IMG/VR virus record: IMGVR_UViG_3300030329_001544
Span: 1-40,681 of that record
Origin: a virus
Taxonomy: Duplodnaviria > Caudoviricetes
Reading direction: 5' to 3' (one strand)
Length of the DNA: 40,681 nt
A model generated the notes under the pieces. That model was not told the origin of the DNA, searched no databases, and was given only the letters and a program-made list of their open reading frames with translations. The translations under genes were made by a program, and so were the position numbers. This document shows positions 15,662 to 25,832 of the stretch, piece after piece (position 1 is the stretch's first letter; each line of letters starts with the position of its first letter).

Positions 15662-17411
15662 TCTCTCAGTACGTGAGAGTATTCTTCAAGCGACTCGGAC
15701 GGACGAAAACCAGCAGAAGCAGGTTATGGAGCTGTGCTCCAAATCAATTCTTCTGTGGGTTAACTTGTTTGCATGGACTTACAACGTCAAGGTAGTTGAT
15801 GACTACGGTCGGGAAATTCCGGCTGAAGTTCAGCACGTTCCGTTTATTACTTGGCCTGTTCAAGATGAAGCCATTACCGACATGGTTAATGGTATTGACC
15901 GTGGCTATGATTTGTTGATTGATAAATCGCGTGACATGGGCGCGTCTTGGATTTGTATTACGGTCGCCGCTTGGATGTGGCTGTTTAGAGACAACACGCA
16001 AGCCCTACTGGTATCTCGCGTAGAAGACTTGGTTGACCGAAAGGGCGACCCCGATACCCTGTTTTGGAAGATTGATTATATTCTAAGCAACATTCCTGAC
16101 TGGATGCTTCCTTGTCCTCGTAAGTGTATTGCGAGCAAGGGTGAATACCGAACACACCTTCAATTAGTGAACCCAGCTAATGGATCGACTATCTCTGGTC
16201 AGGCGACGACAGGTCACGTTGGTCGTGGTGGCCGTCGTACTTTTGTTGTGTTTGATGAAATGGCTGCGATGCAAAATGCAGACGACGCATGGCGTTCAGC
16301 AGCAGATACCACGTCATGTCGTATTGCAAACTCCACCCCGATTGGACCCGGCACTGCATTCTCAAGACTTAGGCAACAGGGTGTAGTACACAATTCACCC
16401 AAGATAATTACCTTGGGGTACTGGGATCATCCCCAAAAAGGGCAGGGGAGAGAGTGGAGACAAGACCCTGACGGGGAAATTACCGGGATTGCAGGCCGGT
16501 GGTTCTGGTGGACGCCTTGGTTTAACGAGCAGGTGTTACGACGTAGCGATGCTGCTGACGTTGGGCAGAACATTCTTATTGATCACACGACTTCGGGCGA
16601 TCTGTTCTTCAATGCTTCGATAGTCACTAAACACTTGCAGGCGCACGGTAAACCAGCGCGGCGGTACGAAGTAATTGAAAAGGGGCAGGGGTTTGTCTTT
16701 GAGGAAGCCGATCACGGACGATGGTTCTTGTGGTGTGACCTTGAAGACGGCCTGCCCACAAACATGACAAACTACTTGATGTTTGCCGACATATCGCACG
16801 GTAAAGGCTCTAGTAATAGTGTGTTAGCAGTAATGGACAGGGAGTCCGGCGAGATAGTGGCAGAGTTCTGCGACCCCAACATTACCCCACATGACTTTGC
16901 TGAGGAGTCCTGTAGGGCAGGCAAAAGTGTGTGGGCCGGAGCGTTTGGCGAGGCGTTCCTTGGTTGGGAAGTCAACGGGCCGGGCGAATCATGGTATGAA
17001 GAGGTTCGCAGGCTTGACTACCGTAGTCTATACTTTCAAAGAACAACTGGTCAAAGGACAGACCGCAGGAGTCGGCGCTACGGATGGCGAAGCGACAGGC
17101 GAAACAAACGAATCATTCTATCCTCACTTCTTCGTTCACTAACGAGAGACGAGATTATTGTTCGTTCAGAAGACGGCATTCGGGAAATGTTGGAGTACGT
17201 CTACTACGAAGACGGAAGTATTGGTCCCGGCACAATGAGAGACGAACGAACTGGTGCAAGGGAGTCACACGGCGACCGCGTCATTGCATACGCGGGCTGT
17301 GTATTCCTTCGAGGGGAAGCGCCGAGGTTCGAGGACGACACACCAAAGTTTGCTCCCAACACAATGGGGGACATTTTGAAACACTCGGAAGTCTGGGAGT
17401 CGTCTGAATAA
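15555..17411 (+). CDS. terL: Terminase large subunit (start codon uncertain)
   Basis: Walker A KSRDMGASW, Walker B VVFDE, NSTP coupling motif, nuclease FADISHG...EVNGPG...HGDRVIA. Confidence 0.93.
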   Translation: MDSCDSKTLPKHLLQPPAYLEDEATSFPIPKTLKDNLSVRESILQATRTDENQQKQVMELCSKSILLWVNLFAWTYNVKVVDDYGREIPAEVQHVPFITWPVQDEAITDMVNGIDRGYDLLIDKSRDMGASWICITVAAWMWLFRDNTQALLVSRVEDLVDRKGDPDTLFWKIDYILSNIPDWMLPCPRKCIASKGEYRTHLQLVNPANGSTISGQATTGHVGRGGRRTFVVFDEMAAMQNADDAWRSAADTTSCRIANSTPIGPGTAFSRLRQQGVVHNSPKIITLGYWDHPQKGQGREWRQDPDGEITGIAGRWFWWTPWFNEQVLRRSDAADVGQNILIDHTTSGDLFFNASIVTKHLQAHGKPARRYEVIEKGQGFVFEEADHGRWFLWCDLEDGLPTNMTNYLMFADISHGKGSSNSVLAVMDRESGEIVAEFCDPNITPHDFAEESCRAGKSVWAGAFGEAFLGWEVNGPGESWYEEVRRLDYRSLYFQRTTGQRTDRRSRRYGWRSDRRNKRIILSSLLRSLTRDEIIVRSEDGIREMLEYVYYEDGSIGPGTMRDERTGARESHGDRVIAYAGCVFLRGEAPRFEDDTPKFAPNTMGDILKHSEVWESSE

Positions 17412-17647
17412 TGCACGACAGCATTTTAAAAACCAAAGCAGTCAACGCATGCAGCGAACTTATCGAACTCTTGGACGTTAAAAAGAATGATGGATGGATG
17501 TTTGTTCAGGAAGAAAGTCAAGGAGGGTGGGCAGTTATTGCTGCTCGTTCTCCTAAAGAACTCTTGTCTATGACTTATGAACTACTTCTGATCGTTGGTG
17601 AATCTGAAGACGACGATCAAGAATACAAGTTTGAGGAATGCGAATAA
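17411..17647 (+). CDS. Hypothetical protein
   Basis: Start and stop overlap neighbours (TAATG at both ends). Confidence 0.7.
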   Translation: MHDSILKTKAVNACSELIELLDVKKNDGWMFVQEESQGGWAVIAARSPKELLSMTYELLLIVGESEDDDQEYKFEECE

Positions 17648-17760
17648 TGCCTTACGGCCCCGGAACATACGGAAGCAAAGTTGGAAGACCACCCAAAAAG
17701 AAAACTAAGGCTAAGAAGAAGGCAAAGAAGTCCGGCAAGAAGAAATCAATGAGGAAATAA
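17647..17760 (+). CDS. Lys-rich 37-aa peptide with AT-hook-like GRP motif (not in ORF track)
   Basis: MPYGPGTYGSKVGRPPKKKTKAKKKAKKSGKKKSMRK*; TAATG coupling; GAGG SD. Confidence 0.75.
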   Translation: MPYGPGTYGSKVGRPPKKKTKAKKKAKKSGKKKSMRK

Positions 17761-17761
17761 C

Positions 17762-18019
17762 GTGGTTTACGGAACGCTTAAGACAAGCAAAAAGGGCAAG
17801 GGTGTTCTTCAAGATGTTCAAAAAAACATCCAGAAGGACGCACGTAATCGTATGATTAACCTTTTGCCCAGCACGACAGCTACATCTCCTTTGGGACTTC
17901 CTTTGTTTGATGGTGAAGGCGGGCTTGTTCCTCAACTACAAGGCGGCGGCTACCTTCCGATGACACAAATGTTTCCGTTTTACAAACCAGAATACTCAAT
18001 GAACCTTGGATACTCCTGA
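17762..18019 (+). CDS. Hypothetical protein
   Basis: GAGG SD, GTG start, TGATG coupling to the portal gene. Confidence 0.6.
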   Translation: MVYGTLKTSKKGKGVLQDVQKNIQKDARNRMINLLPSTTATSPLGLPLFDGEGGLVPQLQGGGYLPMTQMFPFYKPEYSMNLGYS

Positions 18020-19743
18020 TGTTAAGAGTCACCCCCGGAAACTTGTATGAAGAGATCGAGAGCGCGGAAAGATACCGCGACTCTCATCTTGAACATTACA
18101 ACGATGTGATCAAAGACTACGTTGGCCCCATGTTTGGCGGCGTTAGCATTGACGACTTCTCTCCCGAGAACCACGTATATGAGTATCTTTCACTTACCGT
18201 GCCAAGACTGATTCACGATAATCCCCGTGTAAGAGTTACGACACGGCGTCCGGTGTCACAGGGCAACGAAGCAGCAGCAATCGAGCACGGGCTGAACCGG
18301 TGGACAAACGACACAAACGTCAAAGATGTACTTCAACGAGTAGCCTTTGATACTTTGTTGGCTTATGGCGTTCTAATGACTGCTCAGGCTCCCATGCCGG
18401 GCTACGACCCAAGGTCAAACTTTGGTAAGTATTGGCCCAACTGTTACCGAATCTCACCCAAGAGATTTGTTATTGACCCGCTGGCTTTGAGTTTCAATGA
18501 AGCAAGGTTTATGGGTCACATGTGGGTTCGTGACCGAGAAGACCTTCTTGAAGAAGCTAAAACAGATCCGACTTGGAATGCAGAATCAATTGAGATGCTG
18601 ACCAATGAAGGCAGTATCGACCATATGACAAACGAGGAGAGTCGGCAAAGAGACACTCCAGAGCGAAACGAAGTTACTGTGTTTGACATTTGGGTCCCTG
18701 AAATCCAACTGAAGGAAAGCCCCGGCCCAGAGTATGGGTTCCACGGAACCATTTATACCGTGGCTGTTGGCACTTCCTATGGGGAACGTGATCCAGACAA
18801 GGCTGACTTCATACGAGATCCAAGACCTTATTACGGACCCCCTTCAGGACCATACACGATGTTTGGCGCGTACTACGTACCAGACGGTCCTTACCCGCTG
18901 TCCCCAATTATGGCAACTACTGGACAGGTAAACGAACTAAACGATCACGTTCGTTCCGCTTCTGCGTCTGCGGCAAGGTACAAGAGGCTGGTATTGGTTG
19001 ATGCCAAAAACAAGAAACTCGTTCAAGATGTCAAGTCTCAGCCGCACGATTTCGTTGTGCCGGTTGAAGGTATCGACAAAGATGCTGTGGTTCAGTTGGA
19101 ACTGGGCGGCATTACCAATCAGCAAGTTTCCTATATTCAGATGGCACGGGAGCGACTGGATCGTAATAGCGGTATCCACGATGCAATGCGTGGCAATGTG
19201 ACTGGCAACGCAACGGCAACAGAAGTAAGCATCGCCGAAGGTTCATCGACCATAAGACTTGCGTACTTGAAAAATCAATTTGAAGAAGCAGTTCGTCAGG
19301 TGCTTAAATCAGTTGGGTGGTATTTGCACAACGATGACAGGGTTTCCTTCCCGCTTGGCGCTGACGCTGCTGCTGCTCTTGGCGTTGCAGAACCTTGGTT
19401 TGTGGGTGGATCAAGCCCAGATTCTCCGTACTCTGACCTTGAGTTGGAAATAGAGTCTTACAGCATGGAGAGAACAACCGAGTCTCTTCAGCAACGGCGT
19501 GCGATGGAAGCATTCCAAATCATTGCAAACGTGGCTTCAGCAATGCCTCAGATGCCATATGTCAACTGGAACAGTCTTCTGGACAAGATGGGTGATGCAC
19601 TTAACATGCCCGACTTGTCTGGCCTTGTTGATACAGAAATGCTCATGGCAATGATGCAGCAACAACAACAGCAAGAGCAGCAACAAATGGAAATGGAACA
19701 GATTAATGCAGCGGCGGGCAGTGGAGGAATGGCCAATGCCTAA
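18019..19743 (+). CDS. Portal protein (podovirus/P22-like)
   Basis: 574 aa after terL; ISPKRFVIDP, SGIHDAMRG, TATEV motifs; Gln-rich tail. Confidence 0.88.
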   Translation: MLRVTPGNLYEEIESAERYRDSHLEHYNDVIKDYVGPMFGGVSIDDFSPENHVYEYLSLTVPRLIHDNPRVRVTTRRPVSQGNEAAAIEHGLNRWTNDTNVKDVLQRVAFDTLLAYGVLMTAQAPMPGYDPRSNFGKYWPNCYRISPKRFVIDPLALSFNEARFMGHMWVRDREDLLEEAKTDPTWNAESIEMLTNEGSIDHMTNEESRQRDTPERNEVTVFDIWVPEIQLKESPGPEYGFHGTIYTVAVGTSYGERDPDKADFIRDPRPYYGPPSGPYTMFGAYYVPDGPYPLSPIMATTGQVNELNDHVRSASASAARYKRLVLVDAKNKKLVQDVKSQPHDFVVPVEGIDKDAVVQLELGGITNQQVSYIQMARERLDRNSGIHDAMRGNVTGNATATEVSIAEGSSTIRLAYLKNQFEEAVRQVLKSVGWYLHNDDRVSFPLGADAAAALGVAEPWFVGGSSPDSPYSDLELEIESYSMERTTESLQQRRAMEAFQIIANVASAMPQMPYVNWNSLLDKMGDALNMPDLSGLVDTEMLMAMMQQQQQQEQQQMEMEQINAAAGSGGMANA

Positions 19744-20038
19744 TTACTTGTTTGTAAATCAAAGTGACGGAACCAAGGTTGAAGCGTACTTCCCAGTAGA
19801 AGATGCGCCTCGCATTGGGGATTTGGTAGAAATCAAAGATGAAGTATGCAGACGCATTGCTTCATTTAATTTAGATGTTGCAGGTATTGCACGTAAGACC
19901 CATCAATACCCGTATGTAAGTAAGTCCTTGCCTCGCAATCTCCGGGGATGCGAGACAAACCAAAAGGGTCAACCCATTATTAAATCTCAGGCTCATGAAC
20001 GCGATGTAGCGTCAGAGCATGACATGGCTAAGGAATAG
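19736..20038 (+). CDS. Small head-module protein (FmdB-like position, no Cys motif)
   Basis: SD GGAGG; MPNYLF start; lies between portal and scaffold. Confidence 0.65.
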   Translation: MPNYLFVNQSDGTKVEAYFPVEDAPRIGDLVEIKDEVCRRIASFNLDVAGIARKTHQYPYVSKSLPRNLRGCETNQKGQPIIKSQAHERDVASEHDMAKE

Positions 20039-20071
20039 GGACCGCAACGCGAGAACCCCAAAGGAGTTACC

Positions 20072-21139
20072 ATGCCGGAAGAAGTACAAGTACAAAACAC
20101 AGAAAACACCCCGCAGGAACCTATGGTTCCGATTAGCGAGGGAGTTACAAGAAGCAACGATTCATCGGACGATGCTTTCCTTGATGAGATCATGGGAAGC
20201 CCCGAACCCAATGAGTCGGGCGTACCCTCGTCAGAATCTCCCGAGCTTTCTCGTGGGGATAACGAACAACCAGAAGAAGTGTTATCTGCCCATGAAGTTG
20301 CTGACGCAACTGAAGTGGATTCCCAGTCAACAGAAGACAACAGTAGCAAACCTGCTGAACTGGACTCTGATGATTATGCAAAGGCTATCGCTGCGCTTCA
20401 GCGTGACGGTGTGCCTCGTTCGGTTATTGACCAAATGGCAGAAGATAACCCCCAGTCTATTGTGGAATGGGGACTCAAACGTGCCAAGGTCCAATCGGAC
20501 GTAGACAGTTATGGTGCAAAAGTTAAGGAACTCGAAGAGAAGTTGTCTTCAAATAACGAGTCGGCTGAAAGCAACGAGGAGTCTGTTGTTACAGATCAAT
20601 CAACAGACCAACCCTCAAATGCTATTGAGACGATGAACCGTTACGAGAGTGAAATTTCTGAGGTCTTTGGCGATGAAGCAGCAAAAACTGTTATGTCCCC
20701 CATACGTGATCTAGTAAATGAAACGAGCCAAGTTTTTGCGCTACAGCAAGAAATGATGCAACAGATTTATTCTGTTATGGAACGTCAGGCAATAGATCAA
20801 AGTAGGGGACGACTGGGAGAACGGTTCTCCCGCTTGAATGACGATGAAGCGTTTAATGAAGTTGTAGAACAGATGGGTAAGCTCGCTCAAGTAGGCGAGT
20901 ATCAAAACCTAGATGATCTTATGACAGACGCATATCGTCTCAAGTTTGCAGCAGTGGCGGAGAAGGATGCAATGCAACAACAGCAGCGTTCGCTGCGAGA
21001 AGCAGGGCAGCCTACAGCGACTACTCAAACATCTCGGCCTGCAATGAGCAAGACGGTCCAAGACCGTGAGGACGATGTTCTCGACGCTCTCTTGTCGGGC
21101 CAAGGGTTTGATGGTGCATCCGCCGCTTATAACGGTTAA
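20072..21139 (+). CDS. Capsid scaffolding protein
   Basis: Highly acidic, helical, SD AAGGAG, immediately upstream of the MCP. Confidence 0.75.
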   Translation: MPEEVQVQNTENTPQEPMVPISEGVTRSNDSSDDAFLDEIMGSPEPNESGVPSSESPELSRGDNEQPEEVLSAHEVADATEVDSQSTEDNSSKPAELDSDDYAKAIAALQRDGVPRSVIDQMAEDNPQSIVEWGLKRAKVQSDVDSYGAKVKELEEKLSSNNESAESNEESVVTDQSTDQPSNAIETMNRYESEISEVFGDEAAKTVMSPIRDLVNETSQVFALQQEMMQQIYSVMERQAIDQSRGRLGERFSRLNDDEAFNEVVEQMGKLAQVGEYQNLDDLMTDAYRLKFAAVAEKDAMQQQQRSLREAGQPTATTQTSRPAMSKTVQDREDDVLDALLSGQGFDGASAAYNG

Positions 21140-21173
21140 TTCCGGGGCATTGCCCCGAGAAGGAGTTTGACTC

Positions 21174-22334
21174 ATGGCAGGCACAGCTCTTGCCAACTTC
21201 AACGACTTTATGAAGGTGACGGGACCACGTTACCTCACGTCGGCAGAAGATGTCATTAACGAAGCCGTCAAGAACACATACATCCTTGGTCGCTTTCTTC
21301 GCGGCAAAGGTATGGATGTTTCCGTTCAAGGCGGTAAGACGATTAATGACTCTATCTTCTTCGACGAGTCATCCACCTACGACCACTACAAGCCGAACGC
21401 CACGTTCTCATGGAGCAATCCACAGGTCATTACAGACCTTGAGATCAACTGGCGATTCTCGGTTGACCACATGTCGTGGACGGATCAAGAAGTTGAACTT
21501 AACGTGTCCGAAGGACTCTCCCGCGATGCGCAGAAGGTTGCTTACAAGCGACTGAAGCGGATCAAGGAAATGCGTCTTTGGACTTCATTCCTCAACGGTA
21601 TGGAAGCTGACCTGTGGAAGCAGGCCAGTGGCAATGCAAGCGAGATGGAAACCAACACTGGTTCCCTTCCGTACAGCATTCCGTCTTTCATCTCAGAGCA
21701 CGACGGCACGACCGGCACGACTTATGTTCCGTGGGCAAGTGATACCACGATCATGGGAATCAACCCGGCCAACGAGTCCAAGTGGCGAAACCAAGTTTCC
21801 CGCTATGACTACGATGATCCCGATGACTCAGACGGCGACCGAGACGGTCTGCTTGATGCGTTTGACGAGATGTTCCTGAAGGTTCAGTTTACTCCCCCAG
21901 CTACCAAGCAGGAGTATTTCGAGAAAGACGCTTTGAACCGTCAGTTCATCTGCTGCTCGCGCAGTGGCCTGAACCTGTACAAGAGAATGCTGCGTGACGC
22001 TAACGATACTCTCGTCAGCAAGCAGGATCCTGCGTACAACATGCCTCAGTACAGTGGCATTGACCTTGTTTACGTTGCACAACTGGATGACGCCACGATC
22101 AACGGCACGACTCCAAGCGCATCTGAAACAGGCGCTACCCCTGATGGCTATCGTTACTGGTGGCTCAACGGCAACTACATGACCCCCGTGTATCACGCAC
22201 GCCGGTACATGGAGAAGCACGATCCTATGCGGCATCCAAATCAGCCGTTTACGACCGTGCAGCCTGTTGACTGCTGGTGGAACCTCTTCTGTAACAGCCG
22301 ACAGCGGCAGGGAATCATTTGTCCGCAGGCGTAA
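21174..22334 (+). CDS. Major capsid protein
   Basis: 386 aa, strong SD AAGGAG, C-ending codon bias, GGKTI near the N-terminus and NLFCNSRQRQG at the C-terminus, as in HK97-fold podovirus MCPs. Confidence 0.88.
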   Translation: MAGTALANFNDFMKVTGPRYLTSAEDVINEAVKNTYILGRFLRGKGMDVSVQGGKTINDSIFFDESSTYDHYKPNATFSWSNPQVITDLEINWRFSVDHMSWTDQEVELNVSEGLSRDAQKVAYKRLKRIKEMRLWTSFLNGMEADLWKQASGNASEMETNTGSLPYSIPSFISEHDGTTGTTYVPWASDTTIMGINPANESKWRNQVSRYDYDDPDDSDGDRDGLLDAFDEMFLKVQFTPPATKQEYFEKDALNRQFICCSRSGLNLYKRMLRDANDTLVSKQDPAYNMPQYSGIDLVYVAQLDDATINGTTPSASETGATPDGYRYWWLNGNYMTPVYHARRYMEKHDPMRHPNQPFTTVQPVDCWWNLFCNSRQRQGIICPQA

Positions 22335-22374
22335 GTCTGAGGTAATGATCTCTTGATAAAGAAAGGATAATGAA

Positions 22375-23106
22375 ATGCCACTTCCATACGGTATTCCTTA
22401 TCAACCCCCTGTTAGCGGTCCAACAAAGTCATTGGCAATGCCTATTATTCTTTTCGACGATTTCGTCGACGGGTGGGGCTTTGAAGGAAACGACGCAGAC
22501 AACACTGGCAAGTTCTCCGAAACGGCGAACCTTGGGCAGTGGCTTGTCACGGTTGTTGATGGCGGCTCGGACAACGGCGAAGTCATCGCATGTGCGGACG
22601 ACGCAGTTGGCGGTCATCTTACAATGACTACCAATGATGCCGACGACGACTCTCTCGAACTTCAAGTTAACGGCGAAGCGTGGAAACTTGAATCTGGAAA
22701 GACGCTTGCATTTGAAACCCGATTGAAGGGTGCAGACGTAAGCGAGTTCGATTGGTTTGTTGGTCTTGCTATCACGGATACTACCGTGATGACCGCATGT
22801 ACTGACCGAGTTGGATTTGAGTGCCCCGATTCGACTGGCGACATTGACGCCATTACCGAAAAGGACAGCAGTCAAACCACTACCGACACTACCAAGGATC
22901 TTGCCGACGCCACGTTTGTGACGCTTCGGTTCGAGGTAGAAGGTACTAGCAAAGTCCGGTACTACGTCGATGGCGACTTGGTTGCAACGCACACTACAAA
23001 TCTTCCTGATGACGAGGCTCTTACGCCTACGATTTGCATTAGGAACGACGGCGCAGCTGCAAACACCATGACCTTGGATTACATCTTGGTCATGCGGGAT
23101 CGTTGA
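22375..23106 (+). CDS. Capsid decoration / ConA-like beta-sandwich virion protein
   Basis: LFDDF..., FETRLK, FVGLA, VRYYVDG.LVATHTTNLP, LDYI; directly after the MCP. Confidence 0.7.
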   Translation: MPLPYGIPYQPPVSGPTKSLAMPIILFDDFVDGWGFEGNDADNTGKFSETANLGQWLVTVVDGGSDNGEVIACADDAVGGHLTMTTNDADDDSLELQVNGEAWKLESGKTLAFETRLKGADVSEFDWFVGLAITDTTVMTACTDRVGFECPDSTGDIDAITEKDSSQTTTDTTKDLADATFVTLRFEVEGTSKVRYYVDGDLVATHTTNLPDDEALTPTICIRNDGAAANTMTLDYILVMRDR

Positions 23107-23120
23107 TCCAAACAACTTAA

Positions 23121-23151
23121 GACTCCTCTCCCCTACCGGGGAGGGGAAGTC
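23121..23151 (+). terminator. Hairpin after the capsid genes (terminator or stabiliser)
   Basis: CCTCTCCCC-TACC-GGGGAGGGG; U-tract is weak. Confidence 0.4.
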
Positions 23152-23177
23152 ATTCAAATCTTTTCTGGAGAAGCCTA

Positions 23178-23669
23178 ATGGCAAGCGTAAACCTATACAT
23201 GAAATTTGATTACACGGACAATTCCGGCAACGTGTATTCAGACGGCAGTACGTCTACTGCCAAACAAATATCAATCGACAAAGATGAAATCTTCGATCGG
23301 ACATACGCGATTGCAGGCGGGACCGCAACTGAAATTTTAAGCGATGCCAAGCTGACTGACTTTGATTTCCTTTGGATCGAATCTAATACTGCTGGAGACA
23401 TTCAGTTGGTGTGCAACGAGGGCGGGCTTGTTGGCGACACTCCCCCCGGCCTTGCAAATGCTTGGGTAGTTAGGTTGACTCCCGGCATTCCATTTATCCT
23501 TCCTAACGATGACAGCATGAACCGGTCTGACGTAACTTTGGCAAGCAACTACATTTCTGAGCAAGACGCTTGGGAAACTCATTGGACCGCTGACACTATT
23601 GACCGTATTGAGTGGTATCACTCGGATCAAAGTGTTACTGCAAAAATACGTGTGTTTGCAGCAACTTAA
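23178..23669 (+). CDS. Virion protein, paralog 1
   Basis: Shares FDFLWIE, VCNEGG, GIP.IL.NDDS.N, WET.W.ADTIDRIE with the next gene. Confidence 0.8.
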   Translation: MASVNLYMKFDYTDNSGNVYSDGSTSTAKQISIDKDEIFDRTYAIAGGTATEILSDAKLTDFDFLWIESNTAGDIQLVCNEGGLVGDTPPGLANAWVVRLTPGIPFILPNDDSMNRSDVTLASNYISEQDAWETHWTADTIDRIEWYHSDQSVTAKIRVFAAT

Positions 23670-23681
23670 TAGGAAATTGAA

Positions 23682-24185
23682 ATGGCTATTACATTAAGTC
23701 TAACAACGCATTTCACTGTAACTGTAGACGACGACGACAACCACACAATTTCAGGTGGAAGTACAACTGCTGCGGACACAATAACTCTTGGGTCAGAAGC
23801 CTATTTTGATCAGCGGTTTATTATTGGCGGTACTACTTTGCAAGAATTGTGGAGCGACAGTAACGCTACTGGAAACTTTGATTTCCTTTGGATTGAAGCC
23901 AACGGCGGAGTGGAATTACAATTCGTTTGTAATGAAGGCGGCGATCTTTCAAACGACAACATTGAAAACGGTTGGGTTGTCAAACTAACTGCTGGTATTC
24001 CATACATCTTGGCAAACGATGATTCCAGAAACATGGGCAATATGGCTGGTACGTTTAATGAAAGCAATTACCAATCTGAAATTGACACATGGGAAACAAA
24101 CTGGGTAGCAGACACAATTGATCGCATTGAGTGTTACAACCCGACAGGCGGTGACTTGGAAGTAAGAATCTTTGTAGGAACTTAA
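23682..24185 (+). CDS. Virion protein, paralog 2
   Basis: Same motifs as 23178-23669. Confidence 0.8.
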   Translation: MAITLSLTTHFTVTVDDDDNHTISGGSTTAADTITLGSEAYFDQRFIIGGTTLQELWSDSNATGNFDFLWIEANGGVELQFVCNEGGDLSNDNIENGWVVKLTAGIPYILANDDSRNMGNMAGTFNESNYQSEIDTWETNWVADTIDRIECYNPTGGDLEVRIFVGT

Positions 24186-24188
24186 CCC

Positions 24189-24896
24189 GTGTCTATAACA
24201 CTTGCCACACTTAAACAACATGTTCAGCACGCCCTTGGCGGATCAGTTGCGTCTCAACTAGACGAAACAACTATTGTCAACGAGGCTGGCAGGCACATGT
24301 ATATGACTCCGTGGAAGTTTCGGGAACGTCCCCCAGTAACCCTGACGTTCGTTGCAAGTCAACAGTTTGTTGAACTACCCAGCGACTTTGGGGAAATTAT
24401 TGCGGCAAACATGACAGATGGACTGGTCAGGTCATTTACCTTTACTACGTTCCACGACCTTGTTCAGAGGCGATCTACCAGTACAGGATCCACTAATCAT
24501 TATTGGTTGGCAGTTTCACACCCCGCACCTTCAAATGACGGCGACCCGCTTCCTGCTGCTCGGCTGGAGTTGTACCCAACGCCTACGTCAGCAGATCAGA
24601 TAACCATTGCGTACCGCGCAAATTGGATTCCGTTGGTTAATGATTCGGATATAGCCCTTGTCCCTGACTACGCAGAGTCAACGCTTATTGCTTTGGTTCG
24701 AGCGTTTGCCCTTGGGTACGAAGAAGAGGGGATGGAGGTTCGAGTAGGTGAAGTTGAATCAGGTGTCATGTGGCATCGTCTGAAGGAGAAAGACGGTCTT
24801 GTCCAGCCTGATTACGGACCATTGAGAAATTCAGCCCTGTCTACGTCAAGGCAGGGATACCAAATGCCGTGGGATTCTACGGCTGATCCTAGTTAA
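24189..24896 (+). CDS. Head-tail adaptor / tail tubular protein A-like
   Basis: VNEA...PWKF, LPSDF, LELYPTP, ITIAYR, LVPDY pattern of podovirus adaptors. Confidence 0.75.
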   Translation: MSITLATLKQHVQHALGGSVASQLDETTIVNEAGRHMYMTPWKFRERPPVTLTFVASQQFVELPSDFGEIIAANMTDGLVRSFTFTTFHDLVQRRSTSTGSTNHYWLAVSHPAPSNDGDPLPAARLELYPTPTSADQITIAYRANWIPLVNDSDIALVPDYAESTLIALVRAFALGYEEEGMEVRVGEVESGVMWHRLKEKDGLVQPDYGPLRNSALSTSRQGYQMPWDSTADPS

Positions 24897-24940
24897 GCGG
24901 CGAGTGGGTCCGCACCTACCCACAGGCATAGGAGTAAATC

Positions 24941-25384
24941 ATGCCAAGTCCACATCGAGTACGAGAGATCGCCCAGTATGAGGCGACACACACAACAGTA
25001 AAGGCTGTTACATCCGGCACAACAACGCTTGTCGCGGCTGATTCAGGCAAGCTGATTGCGGCTGACATTACTGGCGGAAACGTGACACTAACACTTCCGG
25101 CAGCAATAGTTGGTCTTACATATCGAATGATTGTCCACAAATCGGACACAGGGGATGATGAGTTTAACATCAATACCGCATCGTCATCATCGCACTTTAA
25201 GGGCGGCGTAAACCACTCCCACGATGGCGGGGACAACGCATCAGTAGAAGCAAATGGTACGGGTCATTACCAGTTCTCGGCTGTTGATGCCGAAGCGGGT
25301 ACAGACATTACCGTAGTTTGCGACGGAACCCATTGGTATATAACTGGGGTTTCAGTGTCTACCCAACCCCCGACGTTTTCCTAA
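24941..25384 (+). CDS. Virion structural protein
   Basis: TLVAADSGK, TLTLPAA..GL.Y, VCDGTHWYITG. Confidence 0.7.
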   Translation: MPSPHRVREIAQYEATHTTVKAVTSGTTTLVAADSGKLIAADITGGNVTLTLPAAIVGLTYRMIVHKSDTGDDEFNINTASSSSHFKGGVNHSHDGGDNASVEANGTGHYQFSAVDAEAGTDITVVCDGTHWYITGVSVSTQPPTFS

Positions 25385-25445
25385 TAATCTTAAAAGGCCC
25401 ACCACTCTTCTTCTTCTGCTTAACGGCGGGGGAAGGATTTAAATC

Positions 25446-25832
25446 ATGCCTAAAACCACATCTGCCAACACGGTCCAAACAATTTACAAACTCATTAGTC
25501 ACCTTGGGGTGTCTACGTCTGTATCAACTGCTTTGGCAGATGAAAGTAAAACAAAGAAACGTGCAGTAAAACGACGCAGGTTTGCGGGTGCAGTTATTTA
25601 CAACGACATTAACTCGTCTCAAGCCTTGACCCCTACGATCTCAATTGCAGGGCAAACTGTCACATACAAACTCGACAGGACCACAATTCAAAAGGGTGAC
25701 TCAGCGGTTTGGACAGATGAAGATTTCGGAATCGAACTTGAGTCTAATCAATACGTGTCGGTTGCCGTTGCCGAGTCTTTGGGCAGCGGAGACAACCTGT
25801 ACATCTTCCTGAGATTTAGAGATATTAACTAA
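25446..25832 (+). CDS. Hypothetical virion protein
   Basis: Operon position; TAATG coupling to the next gene. Confidence 0.65.
   Translation: MPKTTSANTVQTIYKLISHLGVSTSVSTALADESKTKKRAVKRRRFAGAVIYNDINSSQALTPTISIAGQTVTYKLDRTTIQKGDSAVWTDEDFGIELESNQYVSVAVAESLGSGDNLYIFLRFRDIN

Noticed and set aside
17341-17357. PKFAP at the TerL C-terminus as another cleavage motif
   Set aside because: Single short match outside the giant protein; consistent with chance.
22429-23184. 251-aa antisense ORF
   Set aside because: Mirror of the codon-biased capsid decoration gene; no motifs.
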